The notes beneath the pieces were generated by a model, which did not search any database, was not told the DNA's origin, and was given only the letters and a program-made list of their open reading frames with translations. From the NCBI RefSeq assembly GCF_963921235.1, contig NC_086097.1, positions 198,464,001 to 198,528,000 of the forward strand: 64,000 nt of DNA, given 5' to 3'. This document shows positions 47,966 to 60,545 of the stretch, in pieces (position 1 is the stretch's first letter; each line of letters begins with the position of its first letter). The position numbers were made by a program, and so were the translations under genes. The stretch comes from Mobula hypostoma. Lineage: Eukaryota.

Positions 47966-50906
47966 TTAAAAAGTATCTGTTGAAGTGCAGTGAGACTTTT
48001 GAGTAAAATAAAACACAGCGAGTAACGGTTAAGTAAAAAATCAATGGAGCACATGTTTTTTCAGGAAAGGACAGAGACAGTTGAGTTAAAAAAAAAAGGC
48101 AGCAAATGTAAAAATTCATGGGTTCATAAACAGTGCGTATCAGGTAATAATAACCATAAAAAAGGGAGCAGAAATGCTGGCTATATTGGACGCATTTGAT
48201 TGCACAAGAGATTACTGGATCGTGCACATTCAGCGAACTGGGCTGTAATTTAAGGCAAATGAAATAGGCAAGGTGAAGCATGTGCCAGTGTTGCTGAGTG
48301 CAATGGGTGGAAAAGCATACAGTTTGCTTAGAAGTTCAACTGCTCCAACCAAACTAGCCTAAATGAGCTTTGCTGTTATTGTGAATGTAATGCAGGAGCA
48401 TTTAGAACTGAAAACATTGTTGATTACAGAATACTTTGGGTTTCAGAAGCGGATTCAAAAGCAAGGCAAATCTATTATCAAGTACATGGCTGAATTGAAG
48501 ATGTTGTCTGAGCATTGTATCTTTGGTAATGTGCTTAATGATGCACTAAGAGACTGATTAGTTTGTGGAATCTCACAAGAAAGCATTCAAAAACTGCCCC
48601 AAACCAAAGCACAACTTACATTTAAAAGAGTAGTTGAACCAGCTGTATCAATGAACACAACAGACAGAGATGCAATTGAGTTGCATTCAGGAATGAATGT
48701 GTGGGTGAACAAAATTTCAGCGTTGAGACAGAAACAAGCCTGGCCAAACAAATTGTATTACCATTGTGGCAGGGGCTCACATACACCAGACTATTGCAAG
48801 TTTAAAAATAAAACTTGCAGAAAATGCAACAAATAAGGACACATACAAAGAGCGTGCCAGGCAGTCAAAAATAGATGGACTGCACAGGGAAGAGAGAAAG
48901 ATAAAGAAAAAAGTCCAGTTACAGTTTCAAAAAAAGCATTAATCTGCGAGCTGCTGATGAAAAATTAGATCATGATTAGAATGACAAAGGACTGAGTAGC
49001 CTTGAGACTTACAGTGTGAAAACTATCAGGAGACAAGCAAAATAGCTTACACCAGAAGTAAACAGCAAATTAATTAAAATAGAATTGGACACTGGCTCAG
49101 CAATTTTAGCCATTCCACAAAATGAGTTTGAACGGCATTTCAAAGATACTGAACTGAAGTCTGTAGGTATCCAAATAAGAACTTATTCAGGAGAAAAGAT
49201 AACTCCTTTGGTAATGACATTCATAAAAGCAAAATGCTACAACCAACATATTTCCATATGTGGTAAAAACAGGAGGACCAAAATTGTAGGGATGCAATTG
49301 GCTGAGACAACTACAACTCGATTGGCGATAAATCCATCATTTGTATGCCACATCCCTGCAATAGTGTCGATTGAAAGCAAATTCAGAAAGGTATTGGATG
49401 ATGCCACAGCAGTGTTCAGGGATGGCATTAGAAAACCCATACATTCAAGGGTAAAATAGTGTTCCATGAAAATGCCACATTCAAGTTTTACAATGCCTAT
49501 CTGGTTCCTTATTCCATTCGTGATAAATTAGCCAGTGAACCAGATCACATGGAGGCTGAAGGAATTCTTTTCAAGCTTGAGTAGAGCCCATGGGTAATGG
49601 CAGTGGTTCCAGTAGTGAAGAAGGGTGGGTCGTCAGTATCTGTGGTGATTTTAAGGTCACCATCAACTCAGTACTGAAAGTAGATCAGCAGTCTCTGCCC
49701 AGGATAGAGGATACAGTTACTTTGCAAACCTTTCTGGAGGAATACACTTCAGCAACATGGACCTGGCTGAGTCCTATCTTCATATGGCGATGAACGAAGA
49801 GTCCTAAGTGTTTCTCACAATAAACATTCACAAAAGACTTTATCACGATAATGGCAGAAAATCATAGACCAGGTACTGGAAGGCTACCCAAGCACTCAAT
49901 TTTACCTGGATGACATTATTTTTACCAGTAAGGGTGACAGAAAATTCTCCAAAATATCAAGACAGTGTTAAAAAGATTAGAAGATTATGGGCTTAGAGTA
50001 TGGTGCAGTAAGTGTGAGTTCTTTAAACCAAGCATCACTTACTGTGGTTACACCATTGATGCACAGGGTTTATGCAAGCGTGCTGAGAAAATTCAAGCAG
50101 TGGTGGATGCTCCAGGGTCAAAGGATGTCTCATAGTTGTGGTCCTTTTTTAAGATTTGTTAACTACTATAATCGGGTCCTGCCAAAAATGTGCTCCACCC
50201 TTTGAACTCATTACTACAGATCAGGAAGAAATGGTAATGGACAAAGCAGTGTGAGATTGCATGCAAGAAGGTAAAAGAAATGGTGACATCAGCCACTGTA
50301 TGATCCACATTGTCCTGTTTACCCTTGGGAAAGGAAATACCTGAAAAACTTACAAAAGAGGACACTCCTCTTGACGTATTCTTCCTAATGCAAATCAAAA
50401 GTCTCCCTATTACAGCAGAACTGATCAAAAGAGCAACCAGAAAACACTCCACACTGCCTCAGCTCTACATGGCCATCCGAAATGCCTGAATGTGCAACAG
50501 AAATTCCAGTTTCACCATTTTTACTAGCACCATGTTGAACTTGGCCCTTGACAGAGTTTCCCTTTGGTGGGGATTGAGAGCTGTTGCACCATTGAAGCTG
50601 AGAGCTAAAGTGTGGGAGGAGCTACATGCTGATCATCTAGGTGTGGTCAAAATGAAAGCATTTGCTCAAAGTTGTGTCTCGTAGCCAGGAATAGATCAGC
50701 AGCTTGCCATGCCAACGCAACCAGAAGATGTCAAGAGCAACGCTTCTCCATTCCTGGGAATGGCTTGTATTGCCCTGACAGAGGATCCATAGAAATTTTG
50801 CCAGACCATTCACAGGCACAAATTTCTTGGTAGCAGTGGATGGAGCTACAAAGTGGCCGGAGGTGTTCCGAATAGCCTCCACTACAATCTTGCATACTGT
50901 TGATAG

Positions 50907-51052
50907 GACTGTAGGAAGATGATTCTAGCATCTTTCTCCTTCCTTCCCAATCCTGAAAAACGGGGTGAGCATGAAATTTCAACTGTCTATTCTTTTCTAT
51001 AGATTCTGGCTGACCAGGTGAGTTCCTCCAATGTCTTGTGTGTGTTGCTCCA
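50907..51052 (+). mobile_element. Decayed Penelope terminal-repeat insertion in the Gypsy integrase
   Basis: ...AACTGT...ATAGAT...GAGTTCCTCCA...GTGTGTGTTGCT matches 9385-9485. Confidence 0.65.
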
Positions 51053-51107
51053 GAAAACTTAGTCAGTGACAATGGACCACAGTTTGTTGCAGAACAGTTT
51101 CAGTTAC

Positions 51108-52147
51108 TGTCACAAAAGTAGGGAGCAAGGGTGGACCCAATTGCAATACACAAACATGTCTTGTGAGGTTAACTAAATTGAGTTTATTGCTCATTACAAG
51201 GAGAGCAAAGCAGAAGCAGGAATAGCGTAAGGGACAAGGACTCAGGCCCTGGGCTAGGCAGGGACAAAGGGTCTGGGCTAGGACTCGGAATCACGACCTC
51301 GGATCCAGGACTTGATACTTGAAACCTCGGAGCCAGGGACTCTTCTTCGTCATCGGACAGACTCAGACACAGGACACAAAACACTGAGCCAGGAACCCTC
51401 CTTAGACACAGGACATGGATACGGAGACCACACAACAATGGACAGTACTATAACTGGGCACAAGTACACTCCAAGCAGTGGCAAGCTCTTGACTCACTCC
51501 GGCGGGTTAACTTTGACTGACCCTCTCTGGCAAGGGAAGGTGGCTTGCTGGCACTTGCTTCGGGAGGAGACTAGGCTTGCTCCAGCAAGAAACTTAGTTG
51601 GCTTGAAACCTCCAGAGCCAGGACTTGATACTTGAAACCTCCGAGCCAGGGACTCTTCTTGTCACAGGGCCATGACTTTTCCAGGGTACAGGGCCGGGAC
51701 CCCTTTTGGAGACAGGACATGGATACGGAGACCACACAACGATGGACAGTAACTGGGCACAACTGGGCACAAGTACGCTCCAAGCAGCGGCCAGCTCTTG
51801 ACTCACCCCGGCAGGTTAACTTTGACTGACCCCCTCTGGGAAGGGAAGGCGGCTTGCTGGCACTTGCTTCGGGAGGAGACTAGGCTTGCTCCAGCAAGAA
51901 ACTTAGTTGGCTCCGGCTAGATGACATTTGCTCGCACTACCTTCGGTGACTTCGTTAACGCCCTCATGCCGAACGGCTGAAAGCCGGAGACTTATAAACT
52001 GCTGGTTCAGCCGCGAGTAAATTGCCACTAATCACCAAGCCCAAGGGACACAGGAAGACGGGGAACCAAAGGGAAACCGGGAGTTGGCGGACCTGATCGT
52101 AACACAAACAAAGTAAATTTAAAGGGAACCCGATCCGGACCATGACA
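51108..52147 (-). mobile_element. 1040-bp solo LTR inserted in the integrase
   Basis: TGTCA...TGACA termini, 5-bp TSD GTTAC (51103-51107 and 52148-52152). Minus-strand TATA-like site at ~51995 and AATAAA at ~51185. Confidence 0.88.
51305..51912. repeat. ~310-bp imperfect tandem duplication inside the solo LTR
   Basis: Units ~51305-51603 and ~51618-51912 share CCAGGACTTGATACTTGAAACCTC...GCAAGAAACTTAGTTGGCT. Confidence 0.92.
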
Positions 52148-52961
52148 GTTACTCTTGAAAATGAATGGAATAAGACATTCTACATCTGCACCATACTACC
52201 CTACTACAAATGTCTAAAGAACGCACTGCAAGCAATTTCAGCAGAACACACTACACCGACACTGAATCCGAATTTCATCAATTTCCTCCTTTCAAATCAC
52301 AATGCAGCACGCTCCACAACCAACAAATCACCAGCTATGCTGTTCCTGGGTCTTCCATTGAGCTCACACTTACACCTCCTCTAACCCCATCTCAGAAGGC
52401 GTATGCAGGACAAACAACTGAAACAAATTGAAAGCTTCTCAAACAAGAAGGTCCAATGTTTCACTCCTGGACAAGCAGTCCTGGTGAAGGACTACAGAGG
52501 TGATCAAAACTAGGTACTTGGAAAGATGAAGGACAGAACTGGACCATTTTCCTACATCATGGAGATTGTGTTTGATATCATATGGAGGCAACATGTCAAT
52601 CAGTTGAGGAGAGCAGAGTCAGTCGTTAGAGGAGAAAGGTGGCCAAAGCTGCAGTCTCAGAGTCAGCTCATACAAACACCATGGAGGAGAGCCCAGAATT
52701 TAAAATAAAACAGGTCACAGAACCTGAGATCTTTTTTCCCCGCTACAAGTCTCACCTGCCACGCAGAGTGATCCCCCTTGTCATGAAAGACCTTATCCTA
52801 TACGAGTAAAAAAGCCACCATAGTAATTTTGTCTTTAGGCCTGAATGGGACAATTTGTTGTACTCTTTATGTCTCTATAGTAGTTGAATTATATAGTATA
52901 CTGTATATAAGTTGAGATGCATTCTATATTGACTTTGAGTTTATAGTTAAGCAGGGAGGAG

Positions 52962-53190
52962 TGTTGTGTATTTAACATTTCGGTAATATTTGAGTAATAT
53001 TGTAAATGTATTGGTTTATTAAGCATTCATTAAATAATTCATTACAGGTTATATGTAAAACCATGTGAATGAGATACATCATCATGTCACCACGTCAGAT
53101 GTCTGTGCCTCGCTTAAAGTAAAAATGAAACTTCCCTGCTCCATGTTTCCTTTCAATTAGTTTTATGTTTTGGATTTGCAAAACGTAACT
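52962..53190 (+). repeat. 3' LTR of the old Gypsy
   Basis: Follows the PPT; homologous to 41942-42178; terminal CA decayed. Confidence 0.85.
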
Positions 53191-53990
53191 TGCCCTACCG
53201 AAGGTGATCACTAGTCGGATGAGCTTCAGGAACACCAAAATATTTAGAGCTCACAGTCATAGCTACAACAGGAATAACAGCTACAGCTCTAACATGGTGA
53301 CTATAGAGAGTGAGGAATCCATTGCTATTGTTCTCTTATCTAAGAAAGCAAGTGAAGTTGGCTGTGAAACGAAGCCCATGGCGAAGACAAGCATCTCTCT
53401 ACATGGAAAAACATATGTGGATCAGGATGCAACTAGTAACGTACTGGCACTAGCACAGATGCATTCTGGGGAGAGGTCATCTGAAGCATTCCTGGCTTGG
53501 GCCATCAAGTGAGCAGAAAAGAAGGAGTGCAAGGTTTTGTAAGGAGAAGGGAACTCAGAAGTTTGTTCAGTGCATACAAATGTTGTTTGTACAGTGCACC
53601 CATGGAAATTGGGTGTTTCTATGTGAAGAATGATACTCTATGATGTATTTTTATGATGTGAGTTGGGAAAAAGTATTGATACATCTGCTGCAAAATTACG
53701 AAAGTTACGAGGAAGCGTATCCATCCTTTTCCCTACCTCTGCAACTTGAAACTAATTTGTTTTCTTATTTTTCTTGTTCTAATAGGGTGTCTTTCACATG
53801 AAACAATATTTCATTTACCGCCTGAGCTACTGAGTGTTGCTGGTATATTCTGTTTAAGACCATTAGACCATAAGATATAGGAGCTGTTTGAACCATCGAG
53901 TCTGCTCCATCATTTCATCATGGCTGTTCCATTTCCCTCTCAGCCCCAACCTCCTGCCTCGCCATGAATATCTTCATTCCTTAACTAACC

Positions 53991-54346
53991 TTAGATGTAT
54001 AAGATGATGAAAGGCATTAATCATGTGGTTAGTCAGAGGCTTTTTCCCAGGGCTGAAATGGCTAGCATGAGGGCATAGTTATAAGGTGCTTGGAAGCAGG
54101 TACAAAGGAGGTGTCAGGGGTAAGTTTTTACCCAGAGAGTGGTGAGTGCATGGAATGGGCTGCCAACAATGGTGGTGGAGGCGGATATGTTAGGGTCTTT
54201 TAAAAGCCTTCTGGACAGGTACATGGAGCATAGAAAAATAGAGGGCTATGGGTAACCCTAGGTAATTTCTAAGGTAAGGACAGGTTCAGCACAGCTTTGT
54301 GGGCCGAAGGGCTTGTATTGTGCTGTAGGTTTTCTACGTTTCTATG
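53991..54346 (+). mobile_element. Nested CR1 3' fragment
   Basis: ORF2 end plus GGGCCGAAGGG...TTTCTACGTTTCTATG tail. The host CR1 resumes at 54347. Confidence 0.85.
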
Positions 54347-54741
54347 TAATCAAGAATCTGTCAAGCTCTGCCTCGAATATACCCAAAGGCTTGGCCTCCT
54401 TTGCCACCTATGACAACAAATTCCACAGATTCACCACTCTCTAGCTAAAGAAATCCCTCCTCATCTCCATTCTAAAAGATGCCCCTTTATTCTAAGGCTG
54501 TGTCCTCTGGTCTTAGACTCCCCTACCATAGGAAACATGCTCTCCACATCCACTCTTTTGAGGCGTTTCAATATTTGATAGGTTTCAATGAGGTCACCAC
54601 TCATTCTTCTGAATTCCAGAGAATACAGGCCCAGAGCCATCAAACACTCCCCATATGACAAGCCTTTCAATCCTGGAATAATTTTCATGAACCTCCTTTG
54701 AACCCTTTCCAACGTCAGCGCATCCTTTCTTAGATAATGGC

Positions 54742-54983
54742 CTTTTTTAGTCAGAGGGTGGTGAATCTATGGAATTTGTTGCCACGGGCAGCAGTGGAGG
54801 CCAAGTCATTGGGTGTATTTAAGGCAGAGATTGATAGGTATCTGAGTAGCCAGGGCATCAAAGGTTATGGTGAGAAGGCGGGGGAGTGGGACTAAATGGG
54901 AGAATGGATCAGCTCATGATAAAATGGCAGAGCAGACTCGATGGGCGGAATGGTTGACTTGTGCTCCTTTGTCTTATGGTCTC
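54742..54983 (+). mobile_element. Nested CR1 3' fragment
   Basis: 'FSQRVVNLWN' plus tail GTCTTATGGTC. ATAA(T/G)GG is duplicated at 54734-54740 and 54984-54990. Confidence 0.85.
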
Positions 54984-57516
54984 ATAAGGGGTCCAAAATT
55001 GCTCACTATATTCCAAGTGAGATCTCACTAGTGCTTTATAAATCCTCAACATTACATCCTTGCTTTTATATTCTAGTTCTCTTGAAATGAATGCTAACAT
55101 TGCATTTGCCTTCCTCACCACACAGACTCAACCTGCAAATTAACCTTTAGGGAATCCTGCACAGGGACTTCCAAGTCCCTTTGCACTCAGAATTTTGAAT
55201 TTTCTCTCCAGTTTAAGAATAGTCTATCTTTTCATTTCTTTTACTGAAGTGCAAGACCATAATTTCCCACCACAGTATTCCATCTGCCACTTTTTTGCCC
55301 ATTCTCTTAATCTGTCTAAGTCCTTCTATAGCCTTCCTACTTCCTCAAAACAACCTGCCCCTCCACCTATCTTTGTATCATCTGCAACTTAGCAACAAAG
55401 CCATCAATTCTTTCATCCAAGTGATTGACATTATAACATAAAAGGAAGCAGTTCCAACACCGAACCCTATGTAAAACAACTAGTCTCTGGTAGCCAACCA
55501 GAAAAGGCTGCCTTTAATCCCACTCATTGCTTCCCGCCAATCAGCCACAACTTTATCCATGCTAGTATCTTTCCTGTAATACCGTGGAAAGCAGCCTCTT
55601 ACCATATTAAGCAGCCTCATGTGTGGCACCTTGTCAAAGGCCTTCTGAAAATCCAAGTACAAAACATCCACAATTCTGCTTGTAATTTCAATTTCTTCAA
55701 TGATTTTTCAAGCAAGATTTTCATTTGAGGAAACCATGCTGACTCTGGTCTATTTTCTCATGTGCTCCCAAAACCGCATCCTTAACAATTGACTTCAATA
55801 TCCTCCCAACCACTGAGGTCAGGCTAACTGGCCCATAGTGTCCTTTCTTCTGAGTCTCTCCCTTTTTGAACAGTGGAGTGACATTTGCAATTTTCCATTC
55901 TTCTGGAACCATGCCAGAATCAATTGATTCTTGAAACATCATTCCTAATGCCTCCACAATCTATTCAGCCAACTATTTCAGAACCCTGGGATGTATACCA
56001 CCTGGTCCAGACTTATCTATTTTCAGACCTGTCAGTATCCGAGAACCTTCTACCTAGTAATGGCAACTTCCCACACTTCTGTACCCCTGACTCTCTTGAA
56101 CTTCCGGCATACTGTTTGTGTCTTCCATGGTGATGCAAAATACTTGTTCAGTTTGTTTGTCATTTCCTTGTTCCCCAGTATCATTTTCCAGCAATCCGAT
56201 ATCCACTCTTGCCTCTCTTTTACACTTAACGTACCTGAAGAATCTTTTGTATCCTCATTAATATTATTGGCTAGTGTACCTTCATATTCCATCTTTCCCT
56301 GTTTAATGACCTTTTCAGTTGCTTTCTGTTGGTTTTTAATATCATCCCAATCTTCAAACTTTCCATTAATTTTTACTCTATTATATGCCCTTTCCTAAGC
56401 TTTTATGTTGGCTTTGACTTCTCTTGTTAGCCACGGTTGTGTCACCTTGACTTTAGAATACTTCTTCTGTAGTGGGATGTATATATCCTGCACCTTCCGA
56501 ATTGCATCCAGAAATTCCAGCCATTACTGCTCTGCTGTCATCTCTGCCAGTGTTCTTTTCAAATCAATTTTGGCCAGATCCTCTCTCATGCCCCATAATT
56601 CTCTTTACTCCACTGTAATACTAATGCATCTGACTTTAGTTTCTCCTTCTCAAATTGTAGGGTGAATTCTATCATATTATGATCACTATCCCCTAAGGGT
56701 TCCTTTACCTTAAACACTATAATCAATTCCAGTTCATTGCAGAACACCAAGTCCAGAATAGCTGATTCCCTATTGGGCTCAACCATGAGCTGCTCTAAAA
56801 AGCCATCTCATAGGCACACTAGCAATTCCCCATTTTTAGATTCAGTACCAACCTGATTTTCCCAATCTACTTGCATATTGAAATCCCCCATGACTATTAT
56901 AACGTTGCCCTTTTGGCATGTATTTTCTATCCTCCATTGTAATTTGTAGATCACCTCCTTACCACGATTTAGTGGTCTGTGTATAACTCCCCTCAGGTCT
57001 TTTTACCCTTCCACTTCCTTAGCTCTACCCACAATGATTCAACAACTTCTAATCTTATGTTACCTCTGTCTAATGACTTGATTTGATATTTTACTAACAG
57101 AGTTAAGCCGCCACTCTGCCTACCTGCCTGTCCTTTTGATACAATGTGTATCCTTGGACATTAAACTCCCAGCTAAAATCTTCTTTAGCCACGATTCAGT
57201 GATGCCCACAATGTCATACATGCCAATCTGTGTCTGTGCAACAAGTTAATCGGCCTTACTCTGTATATTGCGTGCTTTCAAATATAACACCTTCAGTCCT
57301 TTTACATTGCAGCTCATCCTGCTGACTGCAATTTAGCCCTATCATCAGCCTCTCCTTGCTAGCAGTCTCACTACACACTACCTCTCTTCGTAAACCAGCT
57401 ACCGGCTACCTCTGCCAAATCAGTTTAAACCATCATGAACAACTCTAACAAACCTGTTCGCATGGGTATTGATCCTCCTCGGTGTAACCCGTCCCTTTTA
57501 TTCAGGTTGTACCTTC

Positions 57517-58145
57517 ATTTCAGGAGGTCTAGAAGACAAGACCGATAATGTGATGCTGAGGCTTTAGAAAGCATTAGTAAGATCTTACTTGGAATATTGT
57601 GAGCAATTTTGGACTCCTCATCTAAGAAAAGGTGTGCTGGCATTGGAGAGGGTTCAGAGGAGGTTCACAAGCATGATTCTGGGAATGAAAAGATTATCAT
57701 ACGAAGAGCGTTTGATAGCTCTGAGTCTGCACTCACTGGAATTTAGAAGGATGAGGGGGAATCGCATTGAAAGCTTTTGAATGTTGAAAGGCCTAGACAG
57801 AATAGATGTGGAAAGGATATTTCCCATGGTGGTGGAGTCTAGTACAAGAGAGGACAGCCTGAGGGTAGAGGGGCGCCCACTTAAAACAAAGATGCAGAGA
57901 AATTTCTTTAGTCAGAGGGTGGTGAATTTGTAGAATTTATTACTACAGGCCTTGTGGAGGCCAGGTCGTTGGGTGTATTCAAGGCAGAGATTGATAGGTT
58001 CTTGATTGGACATGGCATCAAAAGTTACGGGAAGAAGGCTGGGGAGTGGGGCTGAGGTGGGTAAAATGGATCAGCCATGATTGAATGGCGGAGCAGACTC
58101 CATGGGCCAAATGGCCTAATTTTGCTCCTATGTCTTATGGTCTTA
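57517..58145 (+). mobile_element. 5'-truncated CR1, head-to-head with the previous element
   Basis: 'LEYCEQFWTPHLRKGVLALERVQRRFT'; tail CCTATGTCTTATGGTCTT. Confidence 0.9.
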
Positions 58146-58289
58146 AATGAAGGAAACAAAATGGTAGATAGATATATATGTAGGCAGACAAGTAGCAAAG
58201 ACAGCCAGTACTCTGCCCTCTCTTTGGAAACTGATGAAGTTCAGATGCTGTCACACGAGTCTCTTTTAATGTAAAATCCAATATAAATA

Positions 58290-58505
58290 CCTACATACAC
58301 AGCAAGTTGGGCAGCATGTATGGAGAAAGGAACAGAGTTAACATTTCAAGCCATTGAAATTCAACTGTAATTAATTTCCTTGAAAATTAATTGCTTGGAA
58401 TGTTAGTCCTATTTCTCTTTACACGGCTGCACTCTGATACGTTGAGCAGTTTTGTATTTGCTCTTGGAATTTAGATTTCCAACACCGGCTGTATTTTGCT
58501 TTTGG
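58290..58505. mobile_element. Old inverted pair of Penelope-type terminal repeats
   Basis: GGCAGCATGTATGGAGAAAGGAACAGAGTTAACATTTCAAG versus the reverse arm TTGGAATGTTAGTC...AGATTTCCAACA. Confidence 0.55.
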
Positions 58506-59789
58506 GTTTTTCTTTTACTTGTGTTAGCCTAACCACTTCTCCAGAGAACTGTTCATTGGCAAGAAGAACAGCTGTGCTTTGATAATTTTTTTGTTCTTCA
58601 TGGCTTAGGCTAACATACTGTCAGGGGTTACTGTGACACACTTCACTGTGGAGATGGTATACTGGAAACTCTTGTGCATTTCCTTTGTGTTAATGTGTAT
58701 AAATTCAGAATTATTTCCAAATCTTGAGCAGAATTCCAGAAGCAGAATTAACATCCTCTAGATCTACAGTAACCATGCCTGCTGTAGCCAGCTGACTGAT
58801 GATGTAGCCCAGCTGTAAAAGTGCTTCTGTTCCCTTACTGCCATTTGTTGATGGACTGATCTTTTGCTCAATAGCATTTCTGGCTGCAACTTAAAATCAA
58901 TCACTATGTTTTAGGAATATTAAATTTAGTGTGACAAATCTAATTTTGGATATTTGTCATGACACCTTTCAATGCATAGGCACACAATGTCCAGTACATT
59001 ACAACAGGATCGTATCCATATAAGGGAATTGCTTGAACTCTCAGTGAAATATTTGACCAAAGTACTGGATGAGGAAGGAAAATTGGCATGAAGGAAATGA
59101 TGGTGAATGCTGTGGGAATGTGGAAAACCAGATTGGGAGATCATGTTACAGATTAGCTCTGTTCAGTTTACAAGATTCTCTACTGCTAGATCACTGTCAC
59201 TTTAATTCTCCTTCTCACTCCTATTTTGACTTCTGAGTCCTTGGCCTCTTACAGAATTTCAACAAGCTCAATGCCAACTCAAGGAACATCTTATTTTCTA
59301 TCTAAGCACTCTAAAGCCCTTGGGATTTAATAATAAATTAGGGAATTCACATCAGCAAACAAGATACTTGAAGAACGCAGTTGTCAGGCACATAATTAGA
59401 AGTAAATTGACTATTCCGGCATCTACATTCTTGTGTCTCCATTTTTACAATTCAGATAAATTACTTTAAATTTGCATCAGTATTCAGCAGTTTTAATGTA
59501 AAGTCATCAATCTATAATACTGATTTATACTTTATCTTGCCATATGCTCTTGACCTGCTAGAATTCCAATTTTGTTTCTTTCACTTGTTTGTTCTCCCTC
59601 TACTTACACCTCCTTCAGACAGAGCAGTCACCATTAACAAGCCTTCACCATCTAATCCGTGTGATCCACTTTCTCCTAGTGTCCACTGTTTCCTTTCACT
59701 ACAAGTTAAAATGTATATGTTATCAAATTTTCCCCATTCTGACAAAGAGCTACCAATCTGCTTTCCTCTTCATAGATACTATCTGAAAG

Positions 59790-60085
59790 CCTGAAACCAC
59801 ATACCACCAGGCTCAAGGACAACTTCTGCTCCAGTGCCATGAGACTATTGGATGTTTCTCCAGTATGATAAATGTACCCTTGACCTTATTTTATCTTGCA
59901 CTTCATCACTTACCTGCACTGCACTTTCTCCATAGCTCTTATGCTTTATTCTGCATTGTTTTTTTTTACCTTGTTCTTCCTCAATAACTGAGTAATGATT
60001 TCATCTGTATGAACAGTATGCATGACAAGCTTTTCACTGTATTTGTATCTCAGTATATATGACAATAATAAACCAATTCCAATCC
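59790..60085 (+). mobile_element. Rex1/Babar-type 3' end
   Basis: 'SLKPHTTRLKDNFC..AMRLL' plus a 3' UTR ending GACAATAATAAACCAATTCCAAT. Confidence 0.75.
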
Positions 60086-60159
60086 CAGTACCTGACCCCA
60101 TGAGTAAATCCAGCAACGGTGGGGAATATTTGATATATCAGAAATAGCAGCTTGACTGC

Positions 60160-60545
60160 TTGAACCTCACAATCACTCACAAGCCAACAGCAACTTTAAG
60201 GGGGCTTGTCTCAAGAACCAAGGCACTGGTAAAGACAATTAACAAAAGCAATGTGGTGTACAGGACCATTTGTAGAGACTGCAACAAGAATTACGTCATC
60301 CAGACAGGATCTAAGCACTCAACCCATTTACGGGGACATGATCCACTGTCACTAATCTCGGAATATGAAGACCAAGAAGGACACCACTTTAAGTGGGGAC
60401 ACTGCGGAGGTTCTGGCACAGGCAATCATGAAGCGGGCAGAAGAAATTTTAGAAGCATGGTTCTCTTCTGATAATTCCATAAACAAACATATCAAAGTAG
60501 ATGTCATCTGTGAACCCCTAAGAATCGATGAAATGCGAGCCAATA
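60160..60545 (+). pseudogene. GIY-YIG endonuclease remnant of a distinct Penelope family
   Basis: 'HKPTATLR', 'KSNVVYRTICRDCNKNYVIQTG', then after a frameshift 'EILEAWFSSDNSINKHI'. Confidence 0.78.

Larger units (their letters stand above)
48173..52820 (+). pseudogene. Heavily decayed gag-pol of the old Gypsy; RNase H region apparently deleted near 50315
   Basis: Gag 'LNDALRD*LVCGI' and paired zinc knuckles; protease 'LDTGS'; RT 'ICGDFKVTIN' and 'YLDD'; integrase 'LHADHLGVVKMK' and 'SDNGPQF'. Confidence 0.88.
41942..53190 (+). mobile_element. Old Ty3/Gypsy element (Mag-like) expanded by nested insertions
   Basis: LTRs at 41942-42178 and 52962-~53190, both starting TGTTGTGTATTTAA. PBS at 42181, PPT AAGCAGGGAGGAG at 52949-52961, decayed gag-pol. 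TSD not confirmable. Confidence 0.9.
53858..57516 (-). mobile_element. Long decayed CR1 (end of ORF1 to 3' tail) with two nested CR1 fragments
   Basis: Tail at 53858; RT 'LYLDFQKAFDKVPH'; APE 'LGDSDHNMIEF'; ORF1 'DGLH' near 57485-57500. Confidence 0.9.

Noticed and set aside
51240..51912. Repeated units as a CRISPR-like array
   Set aside because: No constant repeat with unique spacers; it is a tandem duplication in a eukaryotic LTR.
53204..53512. 102-aa ORF right after the Gypsy 3' LTR
   Set aside because: GTG start, no recognisable motif, and length attainable by chance.
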